Shown one piece after another: positions 9,235-18,224 of a DNA stretch of 64,000 bases. The notes under the pieces are model-generated. The model did not search any database. It was not told the origin of the DNA and worked only from the letters and a program-made list of their open reading frames with translations. The stretch spans positions 1 to 64,000 of IMG/VR virus record IMGVR_UViG_3300023174_000138. One strand, written 5' to 3'. The stretch comes from a virus. How positions within the stretch are numbered: the stretch's first letter is position 1; each line of letters starts with the position of its first letter. A program made the translations under genes and the position numbers.

Positions 9235-9875
9235 TTTCAGAGAAAATAATTTATAATGTATTTTTAAAAATTTCTCGCACCCAAGCTGGTTTACCCTATC
9301 GCTTTCGAAAGCAGTGGCACGGCTTTGAGGGGACACCTCAATATCAGCATGTACTGAGATTAAAAAACTTTTTTTCTAGAAATAAAAGTGTTGATGTAAA
9401 TGAATTTTTCTCTGCACCCTTTACCATATACCCAGGCGAAAGCGGTTTCGATCTTGCCTTTTATTCTTCACCTAAAGCAATTAAAATCTACACTCTTGCT
9501 CAAAAAAAGAAGCTATTTCTCTCACCTGATATGCCCTATCACCTAAACAACATAGCTAAGGGGTTAAAATATATTTGGAGATTTTGTCAAGAAAATAATA
9601 TTAAAGTTTTAGATTATCCTAAATTTAAAAATGGAGTACATCCTATTTGTATAACACACATTAAAGAAAGAAGGGTTAGTATATACAACATGTTTGCGTT
9701 TGATAGTTTTGAAGGAGAAATACTCCGTTGTGAACCTGAAGCACTTAGGTTTGTATTAGGCGATATTTACGATAATATTGCTGTGTTTCGCACAAAATAT
9801 TTGAGCAGTAACAAGGCAAAAACTTTGTCTAGCTTAGGGTTAAAAAAACTTCTTGGCAAAGAAAATAATAGTTGA
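9231..9875 (+). CDS. Probable helicase loader (gp59-like)
   Basis: 214 aa, basic and aromatic; directly upstream of SSB as T4 gene 59 is; called from size and synteny only. Confidence 0.45.
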   Translation: MISEKIIYNVFLKISRTQAGLPYRFRKQWHGFEGTPQYQHVLRLKNFFSRNKSVDVNEFFSAPFTIYPGESGFDLAFYSSPKAIKIYTLAQKKKLFLSPDMPYHLNNIAKGLKYIWRFCQENNIKVLDYPKFKNGVHPICITHIKERRVSIYNMFAFDSFEGEILRCEPEALRFVLGDIYDNIAVFRTKYLSSNKAKTLSSLGLKKLLGKENNS

Positions 9876-9899
9876 TTCTTATTTTTTTGATAGTATTAT
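9872..9899 (+). promoter_or_regulatory. sigma70-like early promoter for SSB
   Basis: TTGATT(9872-77)-N16-TATTAT(9894-99); ATG at 9906. Confidence 0.65.
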
Positions 9900-9905
9900 A
9901 TAACT

Positions 9906-10742
9906 ATGAGCGTAATTACAAAATCAATGTTTGATAGCATTAAGAGTGCTTTAACCAAGAATAATAATCAACAGTCAAAAAATAAAGATATTTTAAAGTG
10001 TGAAGTAGGCAATACATACACTGTTCGTTTATTGCCCAACACAACTGACCCGCAGAAGACGTTTTTTCACTATTATACATTTGGCTGGACAAGCTTTTGT
10101 ACCGGGCAATATGTTTCTGCGGTAAGCCCCTCTAGCTTTGGTGGTCGAGATCCTATTGCAGAATATCGTTATAAGGTCTTAAAAACTGGTACGGAAGAAG
10201 AAAAGCAAAAGGCCCGTGCAATTATTCGCTCTGAAAAATGGCTAGTAAATGCTTATATTGTAAATGATCCAGTAACGCCTGAAAATAACGGCAAGACTAT
10301 GATCGTAAGATACGGTAAGCAGCTTCATAAGATTATTATGGACGCTATTGAAGGCGATGGTGCCGAGGATCTTGGCTCTAGAATTTTTGATTTGTCCGAT
10401 AAAGGTTGTAGCTTAAAGATTAAGGTTGAGCAGCAAGGTGATTATCCCACTTACGTTAGTAGTAAGTTTGCTCTTCCCAAGGCTGTTGAGGGTCTGGATA
10501 AGTCTAAATTCGATGATGTGTACAAGAATATTCATGACCTGGAAACGGTACTCCCTGCTAGAAGTTACGATGAGATGAAAAATATGCTTGATGAACATTA
10601 CTTTTGCTCATCTGGCGAACAGCGCGCTAATGATACAACCTCTAAGAGTGTAAAAGAACAAAAGCCCGCTGCTTCGGCGGAAGATTTGCTTGAAGATGAT
10701 ACCGTCAAGCAACTTTTAGCAGATATTGAAGATACTAAATAA
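9906..10742 (+). CDS. gp32: Single-stranded DNA-binding protein (gp32-like)
   Basis: VRLLP, DPI.E, NAYIVNDP..PENNGK..RYGK, IFDL..GC.LKIK, Y.TY.SSKF, acidic C-terminal tail. Confidence 0.92.
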   Translation: MSVITKSMFDSIKSALTKNNNQQSKNKDILKCEVGNTYTVRLLPNTTDPQKTFFHYYTFGWTSFCTGQYVSAVSPSSFGGRDPIAEYRYKVLKTGTEEEKQKARAIIRSEKWLVNAYIVNDPVTPENNGKTMIVRYGKQLHKIIMDAIEGDGAEDLGSRIFDLSDKGCSLKIKVEQQGDYPTYVSSKFALPKAVEGLDKSKFDDVYKNIHDLETVLPARSYDEMKNMLDEHYFCSSGEQRANDTTSKSVKEQKPAASAEDLLEDDTVKQLLADIEDTK

Positions 10743-11161
10743 TGGATAGTATAGTCAACTTAACACCTGATGACCCGCGAGCACGTGAGGCTATTATAGG
10801 TCTTCTCGGTACTACATTATCTGAATTAAGAGAAATAGATAAGAACGTTGTTGGTGGTTCGAAAAATATTTCTGCGCTAAGAACAGATCTTAAAAATGTA
10901 CTGAATTTTCCACAGGCACCGCCTACTGCAACCGTTGTTAATGCTGGAGCAAATATAGGTGGCTTACATGTTGCACCTGTTCAGCAGCAACCAACTGTCG
11001 TGCAGCCATCACAAATCCCTATATCTACGGCGCCTGCTGAAGACCCAAATCAACTAGTATTTGATTTTAATCAAAAAATAACACCAGAAACTGTTAATAA
11101 CAAGTTAGATAGAATTTTAGATAAACTAGATAGAATTATTTTTAATTACATTAAACAGTAA
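10742..11161 (+). CDS. Hypothetical protein
   Basis: 139 aa, translationally coupled to SSB; P/Q-rich linker and C-terminal heptads (KLDRILDKLDRII). Confidence 0.75.
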   Translation: MDSIVNLTPDDPRAREAIIGLLGTTLSELREIDKNVVGGSKNISALRTDLKNVLNFPQAPPTATVVNAGANIGGLHVAPVQQQPTVVQPSQIPISTAPAEDPNQLVFDFNQKITPETVNNKLDRILDKLDRIIFNYIKQ

Positions 11162-11194
11162 TTGCATTTTCTACGTTAGTATTATAATAATAAT

Positions 11195-11923
11195 GTGAAC
11201 GTTTACATACCTAATCGAAAACTTTTTGTAAACGGTTTTTTATCTCCACTTAGTAGAATTAACGATAGTTGTGTTGTATGTGTAAAGGATACAGGTCTGT
11301 TCTGTACTGTTTGTACGGCTGACTCATCTATTATTCTACATACCCAATATAAGCTTGACCTGGATGTCGATTCCCAATTATGCTTAAATATTGCGGATAT
11401 CAAGAAAATAGTTAAAGCGTTTGATTGTATTAGTACAGAGTCCTTCACTTTTAATGTAGATAAAAATAATATTAACTATAGTGGACCGGAGGTTAATTTT
11501 AAGTATCATTTGCTTGAAAACGGTATTATTACCCAGCCCAAGCTAAACATAGATAAAATTAATTGTCTTGAGTTTCCCGTCTCGTTTAACATACAATATA
11601 AAACGTTGATTGAACTGCTTAGAGGTAGTACATTTGCTACTGAAAGTAATAAACTTTATTTGCGTACAAAAGACAATAAAATTTATGGCGATTTAACAGA
11701 TAGATCTAGACATAATATCGATAGTTTTTCAATTGTCCTAGCAGATTATAGTGGCCCAGAATTTTCAGATATTTGCTTGAACTTTGAGACGATTAGAATA
11801 ATTAGTAGTGTGAGGGTGAAGCAGTTAGAGTGTAAGATAAATCCGAAACTTGGAGTTATTGTATTCCAGGTTAACGATGATATTATCAAGACAAAATATA
11901 TTGCATCATCATTAGTAAAATGA
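11195..11923 (+). CDS. gp45: Sliding clamp (gp45/PCNA-like)
   Basis: 242 aa with a two-domain clamp-like alternation of beta strands and helices; replication-module context; promoter TTGCAT-N15-TATAAT 6 nt before the GTG. Confidence 0.7.
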   Translation: MNVYIPNRKLFVNGFLSPLSRINDSCVVCVKDTGLFCTVCTADSSIILHTQYKLDLDVDSQLCLNIADIKKIVKAFDCISTESFTFNVDKNNINYSGPEVNFKYHLLENGIITQPKLNIDKINCLEFPVSFNIQYKTLIELLRGSTFATESNKLYLRTKDNKIYGDLTDRSRHNIDSFSIVLADYSGPEFSDICLNFETIRIISSVRVKQLECKINPKLGVIVFQVNDDIIKTKYIASSLVK

Positions 11924-12285
11924 GTACACCTAAAAATAAGATTAGAACGCCTAGCTACTTTATGAAGAGGCTCAGGGACAATGGGTTTATTGTTCTGAGA
12001 ATATTTGATAGGTACGGGAAACACGATCCTAGACGATGGACAGTGCTTGTTGATCCAGGGTTATCATCTGTTTTTATTACATGTTTTTCAAATAAAGATT
12101 TTAATGGTGATTTGATGTTTGAGTTAAATGATGGTGGTATTAGATTTAATAAAAACTATAGTATCAAAACAGATAGTATTGAAGTTATCATTACATATTT
12201 GATTGAACGCGGTATTAATAATGATCCTACTAACAGCCCGTATTATATAGAGAGACCTAAATATATTAAGGGTGAAAAAGTCTAA
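11920..12285 (+). CDS. Hypothetical protein
   Basis: 121-aa ORF overlapping the clamp stop. Confidence 0.75.
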   Translation: MSTPKNKIRTPSYFMKRLRDNGFIVLRIFDRYGKHDPRRWTVLVDPGLSSVFITCFSNKDFNGDLMFELNDGGIRFNKNYSIKTDSIEVIITYLIERGINNDPTNSPYYIERPKYIKGEKV

Positions 12286-12607
12286 AAATAACAACGGTGA
12301 TAATATGAAAAATGATTCGCCAAAGATTGTTAAGTATGATAAAAAGCAAGTAGAAGAATTATTAAAGTCTGCGATGCAAGATTTTTTAATTAGAAAGTCT
12401 AGTGTCGCGCAGGAAAAAACAAAAAACGTTAATAATTTAATATCTCAAATTACTGAATTTTTAAGTGCTTTTATTATTATTGGTTATGATGTATCCGGCG
12501 AACCGGTTAATATTATTCACGCTACAAATCAGATGGACGCCGATGCATTAAGTGCTGCAATTAACAAGTTTATATTACACTCAATCAACGGCTCGTCTGA
12601 AAAATGA
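12272..12607 (+). CDS. Hypothetical protein
   Basis: 111 aa; TAAATA at 12258-63, 8 nt before the GTG. Confidence 0.7.
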   Translation: MKKSKNNNGDNMKNDSPKIVKYDKKQVEELLKSAMQDFLIRKSSVAQEKTKNVNNLISQITEFLSAFIIIGYDVSGEPVNIIHATNQMDADALSAAINKFILHSINGSSEK

Positions 12608-13470
12608 AGACAGTTTTAATTTTAGGCAAAGGATTTATTGGTCAGGGCTTAACAAAATACTTAAAGGGCAGGAATATATCTGTTGAGTTTTACAGTAGGG
12701 CAGAACTTGATTATACTGACCCACTAACATTACAACAATTTTTAAAAGACAAATATAATAATATTGAAGTTGTTATAAACTGCTCAGGATTTACAGGGCG
12801 TCCAAACGTGGACGGTTGTGAGGACCATAAAGCAGAATGTTGGTTTCGCAATGTAATTGTCCCGAGAAATATTGTATTGTCTTCAAATATGTTTGAGTTG
12901 CCTGTGTTTCAGGTAAATAGTGGTTGCATTTATACTGGCTACGAAAAGGAATATTCTGAATTAGATGAGCCAAATTTTGGCTTATTTGAAAATGATAGTA
13001 GTTTTTATAGTAAAACTAAACACGCTTGTGAGACAATATTTAAAAATTGCTTAGTTTATAGTCTTAGAATTCGTATGCCGTTTGAGGGATCATTGGATAA
13101 GAAAAATTATCTTTATAAGCTATACAAATATAATGATCTTATTAGCATGCCTAACAGTCTCACAAGTACAGAAGACTTATATAGCTTTATATTAAAATTT
13201 ATTGTTCTAAGGGGAACCCTTGCCCCAGGACCTATTAACGTTGTTAACGGGGGTAGTATTAGCGCAAAAGAGATAATAGAGATTTTTAAATTAAAAAACA
13301 TTAATAATCCAAGATGGAATTTTATTGAGCTTGATTCTTTGAATACAAAAGCAAAACGGAGTAACTGTATCTTATCAACAGATAAATTAAAAGCGGTAAA
13401 TTTACAGCTACCAGATACAAGAGCATCACTTGAAAGAGATATTTCGACATTTGCATCATTGCTTCAATAA
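12604..13470 (+). CDS. NDP-4-keto-6-deoxy-sugar 3,5-epimerase/4-reductase (RmlD/UER1-like SDR)
   Basis: Rossmann ILGKGFIG, G.TGRPNVDGCE, SGCIY, SFYSKTK (YxxxK), LRIRMP, RSNCILST. Confidence 0.85.
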   Translation: MKTVLILGKGFIGQGLTKYLKGRNISVEFYSRAELDYTDPLTLQQFLKDKYNNIEVVINCSGFTGRPNVDGCEDHKAECWFRNVIVPRNIVLSSNMFELPVFQVNSGCIYTGYEKEYSELDEPNFGLFENDSSFYSKTKHACETIFKNCLVYSLRIRMPFEGSLDKKNYLYKLYKYNDLISMPNSLTSTEDLYSFILKFIVLRGTLAPGPINVVNGGSISAKEIIEIFKLKNINNPRWNFIELDSLNTKAKRSNCILSTDKLKAVNLQLPDTRASLERDISTFASLLQ

Positions 13471-13741
13471 GCACACGCCAGCCCCGCGCGGTATTTACGC
13501 AATAGACAGGGGCGACTACGTGGGAGAATTTTTTGTATACGTGAAAACAATGGACACAGGTGAGCATTGTTTTTTAGGTTTACCCAAAATGGAGAAAAGA
13601 TTAGTACCAGCAGAGTCTTTTAATTCAGGCATTAAAAATAAAATTATGGTTTTTGTACAAAAGTTACCAAAGCCAATTCATAAAATATGTTGTCAGCAAT
13701 ACGATACTAACATTGATAAACGTGTTAAGCGTAATAAATAG
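13430..13741 (+). CDS. Hypothetical protein
   Basis: 103-aa ORF filling the gap; start uncertain. Confidence 0.6.
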   Translation: MKEIFRHLHHCFNKHTPAPRGIYAIDRGDYVGEFFVYVKTMDTGEHCFLGLPKMEKRLVPAESFNSGIKNKIMVFVQKLPKPIHKICCQQYDTNIDKRVKRNK

Positions 13742-13745
13742 TTAT

Positions 13746-13931
13746 ATGGATTACGTAAGACCAGTAAAAATTACAAGCCCGATAAGCGGTCAGCCTGTTG
13801 CCCCGAAAATAGTCGAACGTGTTTACGAGGGCAAGCTCTATAGAGAAGCGCATTGGATTGACCCGGCCAGCGGTACATTTATCCGCAAAGGCATTATTAG
13901 TATTGAAGATTTAAAAGAAAAAAAGAATTGA
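13746..13931 (+). CDS. Small hypothetical late protein (61 aa)
   Basis: Start moved to ATG 13746 (MDYVRPVKI), 5 nt after AATAAATA (13733-40). Confidence 0.65.
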   Translation: MDYVRPVKITSPISGQPVAPKIVERVYEGKLYREAHWIDPASGTFIRKGIISIEDLKEKKN

Positions 13932-13961
13932 TTGTTAGCTAGCTTCAGTTAAAATTATATT

Positions 13962-14987
13962 GTGTTATTAACTGAAGACTATATTGTTTCTAAATTCTAT
14001 CAATATGCGGGATACCCTAAATATAATAGGCTTTCTAAATGTTATAGTGGTGGCTGCCCTACATGTAGAGAAGGGGCGTCGTGGGGTAAGAAGCGCCGGC
14101 TGTATTACGTAACAAAGAAAAATTTAATATTTTGTCATAATTGCGGTCTCAGTGATAGACCTGCTAAATGGATTCAAAAGGTTGCTAATCTTACATATGG
14201 TGAGGTGTTAAAAGAAAACAGCCAATTTCAATCAAGGGTTATAGATATTACGGAGACACCTATTCAGGAGGCGCCTGCCAAACAAATACAACCAGATCTT
14301 CCAACAGACCCCATAAACTTATTTGATAAAAATCAATGTGAATTCTACAAGGATAATCCTGTTGTCAAGGAGGCTCTAGCGTTAATTAAGCATAGAAAGC
14401 TAGACACAGCTGTTAATAAGCCTGCTGCACTATATCTCACCCTGACAGATAGAATACATAAAGATAGATTAGTTATACCGTTTTACGATACTACAGGTAA
14501 GATAGTTCATTACCAAACGCGTACGATAATTGAAAATAAAAAATACCCTAAGTATCTTTCAAAGTTAAATAGTGAAAAGAGTTTATTTGGTATTAATCAA
14601 ACTTTAGAAAAAATATCGTACTTGTTCGTAACGGAAGGGCCTATTGATGCTTTTTTTATTGAGAACGGTATTGCAGTCGCCGGTATTAATGAGGGTAAAG
14701 GGTCGTTCTTTACACACAAGCAACAAGAGCAACTCAATGCATTCCCTCTACACGAAATTATATGGGTACTAGATAATCAGCGGATTGATTCTGCAAGTAA
14801 AAAGAAGACTATTGCTTTAGCTAAGGCAGGTCAAAAAGTTTTTATATGGCCAGAAAAACTTAAAATGTACAAAGACCTTAATGAAATGGCTATCGGTCTA
14901 AAAGTTAACAAAATTTCTACTAAATTTATTCTAGATAATACCTTTTCAGGTGTAAAGGCCAATCTGATACTTGCTAACCAATCTTAA
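13962..14987 (+). CDS. gp61: DNA primase (gp61-like)
   Basis: Zn finger CPTC...CHNC, RLVIPF, TOPRIM motifs EGPIDA and VLDN, KDLNE; promoter TTGATT(13928-33)-N16-TAAAAT(13950-55). Confidence 0.93.
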   Translation: MLLTEDYIVSKFYQYAGYPKYNRLSKCYSGGCPTCREGASWGKKRRLYYVTKKNLIFCHNCGLSDRPAKWIQKVANLTYGEVLKENSQFQSRVIDITETPIQEAPAKQIQPDLPTDPINLFDKNQCEFYKDNPVVKEALALIKHRKLDTAVNKPAALYLTLTDRIHKDRLVIPFYDTTGKIVHYQTRTIIENKKYPKYLSKLNSEKSLFGINQTLEKISYLFVTEGPIDAFFIENGIAVAGINEGKGSFFTHKQQEQLNAFPLHEIIWVLDNQRIDSASKKKTIALAKAGQKVFIWPEKLKMYKDLNEMAIGLKVNKISTKFILDNTFSGVKANLILANQS

Positions 14988-15391
14988 GAATCTTCGCCAG
15001 AAATTAAATAGCCTTTTAACGATTCATTTAATGAACTTAGCTCCATTGCAACTCTAGCTAAGCGCTTCTTTTCACTGTTTGAAATTTTTTCAAAAAGCGT
15101 ATCACAACCAGCAGCAGCAAGCTGCGATTGTACGCTGGAACTATCAACACCATTAATAAAATTAATAAACTTTTCTACTTCCTGTATCCAGCCTGCAAGT
15201 GTCTTTTTCTGAGCAGCGTTGTGCGCGCCTCTAACCTGATCAACACCTTGTGGAGGTGCGTTCGCATCTAATGCAGCGGGGTTAGTACCAGGCTCTAATT
15301 CTGAGGCCATTGCTTCGGGCTCTGTAGGTAAATCTTGCTCAGTTTTATCGGCTTCTAAAAGGTGTGTAAATCTCTTTGCAAACAAATTCAT
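14984..15391 (-). CDS. Hypothetical late protein, candidate internal head protein
   Basis: 135 aa; AATAAATA 5 nt upstream; N-terminus MNLFAKRFTHLLEA. Confidence 0.75.
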   Translation of the reverse strand: MNLFAKRFTHLLEADKTEQDLPTEPEAMASELEPGTNPAALDANAPPQGVDQVRGAHNAAQKKTLAGWIQEVEKFINFINGVDSSSVQSQLAAAGCDTLFEKISNSEKKRLARVAMELSSLNESLKGYLISGEDS

Positions 15392-15431
15392 ATTATTATT
15401 TATTATCTACATGACTAGATTAAATATATAT

Positions 15432-15803
15432 ATGGTAAAAAAAGTAAGTGCGCTAAATGAGGACTCGCAAATGCTTTATAATAAATGGGTTAGAGGCATT
15501 GCTACGAGACAGCTACAACCCGAAATAATTACACTTTCTGATATAGTCAATCGTTTCCGCAATAACAACCAGGCGCCTAAAGTATTACCGTATCCACTTG
15601 ATAAGGTTATAGATTTCTTGGGCGATATCTTTGTAAAATGTGCAGATTTGCGTAGAACTCTAGCTCAAGGTGTTAGCAGTCCTTTAATTAAAGATAAAGC
15701 TGAAAAAATTAAGACTATTAGAGAATTAAATTCAGAAATACAAAAAATTCAAGAACAATTGTTTAGCTGTACAGACAAACTAAACAAATTACTTGAAAAA
15801 TAA
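15432..15803 (+). CDS. Hypothetical late protein (coiled-coil C-terminus)
   Basis: Start moved to ATG 15432, 5 nt after TTAAATA. Confidence 0.7.
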   Translation: MVKKVSALNEDSQMLYNKWVRGIATRQLQPEIITLSDIVNRFRNNNQAPKVLPYPLDKVIDFLGDIFVKCADLRRTLAQGVSSPLIKDKAEKIKTIRELNSEIQKIQEQLFSCTDKLNKLLEK

Positions 15804-15827
15804 CTAGTTACAGTTTAATATATAGGT

Positions 15828-16259
15828 ATGTTAAAACGGGCTGCACTTAGTCTTTTATTGACTTTTTTTGTCAGTACACTATTAGCCTGGCCATTGACTT
15901 TTTTAGGGGTTTGGTTTTTAAGTGGGTTTGGATTTTTTACCGTTCTACAATTCGTTGGGTTTTATTTTTATAGAGATTATCTTACACGTAAAAATGCTAT
16001 TGAAGAGCAAAAATTAATTATTGCCCGTGAAGCCGAGCTTAGTAAGCAAGGAGCAGAGGTTGTATGTCCATGTGACAGACAGGTAAAATGCTTTATACCT
16101 ATAGTGCTAAATCAACGAAATGAATATATCTGCCCGGGTTGTGATAAGAATGTAAATGTAGCTGTAAATCTAAAAACTGTATTAGTTACGACACCAATTG
16201 TTGATACACTAGAGGATGTTGTAGTAAATAAATTAAGGAGTCAAAGTGGAAATAGTTAA
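15828..16259 (+). CDS. Membrane protein with two N-terminal TM helices and a CxC/CxxC Zn ribbon
   Basis: Hydrophobic residues ~5-47; CPC...CPGC; promoter TTGAAA-N17-TAATAT 6 nt before the ATG. Confidence 0.75.
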   Translation: MLKRAALSLLLTFFVSTLLAWPLTFLGVWFLSGFGFFTVLQFVGFYFYRDYLTRKNAIEEQKLIIAREAELSKQGAEVVCPCDRQVKCFIPIVLNQRNEYICPGCDKNVNVAVNLKTVLVTTPIVDTLEDVVVNKLRSQSGNS

Positions 16260-16632
16260 TGTAGTCGCTAGTCAAATAATGCCTGTTTCTGGCTACACGG
16301 CCCCGCCGTCTATTGCTCAGGTAAAAAAAGAAGTTGAAAATTTCTTTTTTTCAAAAGGACCACTAGCCTATAAAATATACAAAAACGCCTATACAAGCTC
16401 GTTAGGTGACTCTGCCTCGCCCGAGGCTTTTATTCAAGAATTCTTTAATGCATTAGAAAATTCTATTAAATTACAGCTCAGGGACGTTGTTGTTGAACCA
16501 ACAACAACATTAAAGAATGTTTTTGAAATATTGCGCAATAGCTTTGCTATTTTGAGTACTGCTGGCGTAAAAATTGACCCGGTTACCTTTTACGCGACTT
16601 TGGTCGCGTTTGTATTAAGTAAATTAAAATAG
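16246..16632 (+). CDS. Hypothetical protein
   Basis: 128 aa; GGAG precedes the GTG start. Confidence 0.7.
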   Translation: MEIVNVVASQIMPVSGYTAPPSIAQVKKEVENFFFSKGPLAYKIYKNAYTSSLGDSASPEAFIQEFFNALENSIKLQLRDVVVEPTTTLKNVFEILRNSFAILSTAGVKIDPVTFYATLVAFVLSKLK

Positions 16633-16671
16633 TTCTTGCGTTAAAAAAATTGTTCATATATTATTTACCGT

Positions 16672-17028
16672 ATGAACGATACAATTAATATTCAAGGTTC
16701 GGAAAAAACGCATACCATGAAAAAAGTTGAGTATGCTAGATGGCTATGTCTTGTCGAGGCTATTGATTTGATTGAGAGAAAAGCCAGCGAGCTTAAAGCT
16801 GATTTAATTTCAGATGACTTCTGGGTAAAGCCGTTAGCTTTTCAAAAATATATTGAACAAAGACTTGAAACGATGGTCATTGATGTCGATAGGGAGGAGT
16901 TTAACATCCCTACAAACGTATCTATAGATTTGAATAAGGATTTAGTACCAGTCGCTACTCAAGAAGAAGAAATTAAAGAGGAAGATGTTGAACCTTCGGA
17001 AGAAGATATTGCAGAGGTTACCGTTTAA
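16672..17028 (+). CDS. Hypothetical protein with acidic tail
   Basis: 118 aa; TTGCGT-N17-TATTAT promoter 7 nt before the ATG. Confidence 0.75.
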   Translation: MNDTINIQGSEKTHTMKKVEYARWLCLVEAIDLIERKASELKADLISDDFWVKPLAFQKYIEQRLETMVIDVDREEFNIPTNVSIDLNKDLVPVATQEEEIKEEDVEPSEEDIAEVTV

Positions 17029-17777
17029 TAGTACCCGCCGTAAATTTCAGTGTTATTAACAGACATATCAAATATTTGTCTGCTACTAGTTGTGTCCGTG
17101 CTTTCAGGATAACTACTTGGCCGCGGTGTATAGGTTTTATCGTCCGGTATTGACGTTGCAATTGTACCGTACTGTGCATTGTCATAGACTTGTGCGCTAC
17201 CTTTTTCTTGAGGTAAATTCGGCTCAAAAGAATTATCAAAGCGCTTAGCTTTTAATAACCATACATAGTGACCCATAAGAGGATTAATTTCCGAATTTTC
17301 CTGGTCCAATCGCTCTGTTATCTCGTACATTTTTCCATCTCTCTCACCTGGTCTTGTATTGCCATATTCTACCATCTTGAAAACATCTCCTGCTTTAGGT
17401 TCCGTATCAGGTGGATAAACAGAATAAAATGAACTTATGTGAAGATAGGCTGTACATGTTTCATCGCTCATGTAACCAAATTTGCTCAAGATTAATGCGT
17501 TTTCAGATAACTTGATCGCCATCACAACATCTCTTGGATCTTCAAATCTTGCTGTAGGTTGTTCACCGTAAACATTATCTGCAGATAACAGATTGTATGT
17601 ATTACGAAAATACTGAACTTTTTGACCGTATAAATCTAACTGCTCTCTCCAATAATTACTGTACAGTTGTCTTTCACATTCATTATTTTCTTTTTCCGTA
17701 AACCTTAAAGTGCTTGTAGTGTATTTTAATGGGTATGTTCTTATACAGTTTACACCGGTGTACTTATCGATACTCAT
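17025..17777 (-). CDS. gp14: Neck protein (gp14-like)
   Basis: E.LDLYGQ.V.Y, VYGE....F, LSKFG..SDE, P..GD, YEI pattern of T4-type gp14. Confidence 0.8.
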   Translation of the reverse strand: MSIDKYTGVNCIRTYPLKYTTSTLRFTEKENNECERQLYSNYWREQLDLYGQKVQYFRNTYNLLSADNVYGEQPTARFEDPRDVVMAIKLSENALILSKFGYMSDETCTAYLHISSFYSVYPPDTEPKAGDVFKMVEYGNTRPGERDGKMYEITERLDQENSEINPLMGHYVWLLKAKRFDNSFEPNLPQEKGSAQVYDNAQYGTIATSIPDDKTYTPRPSSYPESTDTTSSRQIFDMSVNNTEIYGGYY

Positions 17778-18157
17778 TTTTGTAAAATATATCCTCTCAA
17801 ATTTGGATCAAACTTTAACAAGATACCTGTATTGCCTAAGCTCTTTGGTGTGTTTGGATCTAGTCTTGAAATACCAAATTGTTGAGATAGTTTCTGTACT
17901 TCACTTGGGGTTAATGCTTTTCTACCCGAGTTGGCTATTTTTAAATCTTGCAACGCTTGAATAGCCTTTGGATCAACCCTGTGCATGTCAGGCACTGTTT
18001 GCGCGTGCTTCCGAAAACCTGGATCTTTTATTATTTTGCGATGCCTTTCTGTAGGTTTGAAAAAATTAGGACCTATATTTGTTGACAAAGTACCTTGATT
18101 CCATGTAGCTACTTCACTGAGCAATTGTTTATTGAAATATTTGGCAAAAAGACTCAC
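17774..18157 (-). CDS. Hypothetical late protein, candidate internal head protein
   Basis: 127 aa; TATAAATA 4 nt before the GTG; N-terminus MSLFAKYFNKQLLSE. Confidence 0.7.
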   Translation of the reverse strand: MSLFAKYFNKQLLSEVATWNQGTLSTNIGPNFFKPTERHRKIIKDPGFRKHAQTVPDMHRVDPKAIQALQDLKIANSGRKALTPSEVQKLSQQFGISRLDPNTPKSLGNTGILLKFDPNLRGYILQK

Positions 18158-18171
18158 AGGTTATTTATAAT

Positions 18172-18199
18172 AAAAAAGCCGTCATTAATGACGGCTTTT
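18172..18199. terminator. Intrinsic terminator (palindromic, possibly bidirectional)
   Basis: AAAAGCCGTCATTAATGACGGCTTTT is a perfect inverted repeat; on the - strand it is followed by a U-run, downstream of the 18225 stop. Confidence 0.85.
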
Positions 18200-18224
18200 C
18201 TATATATTATTTAAATAAGGATCT

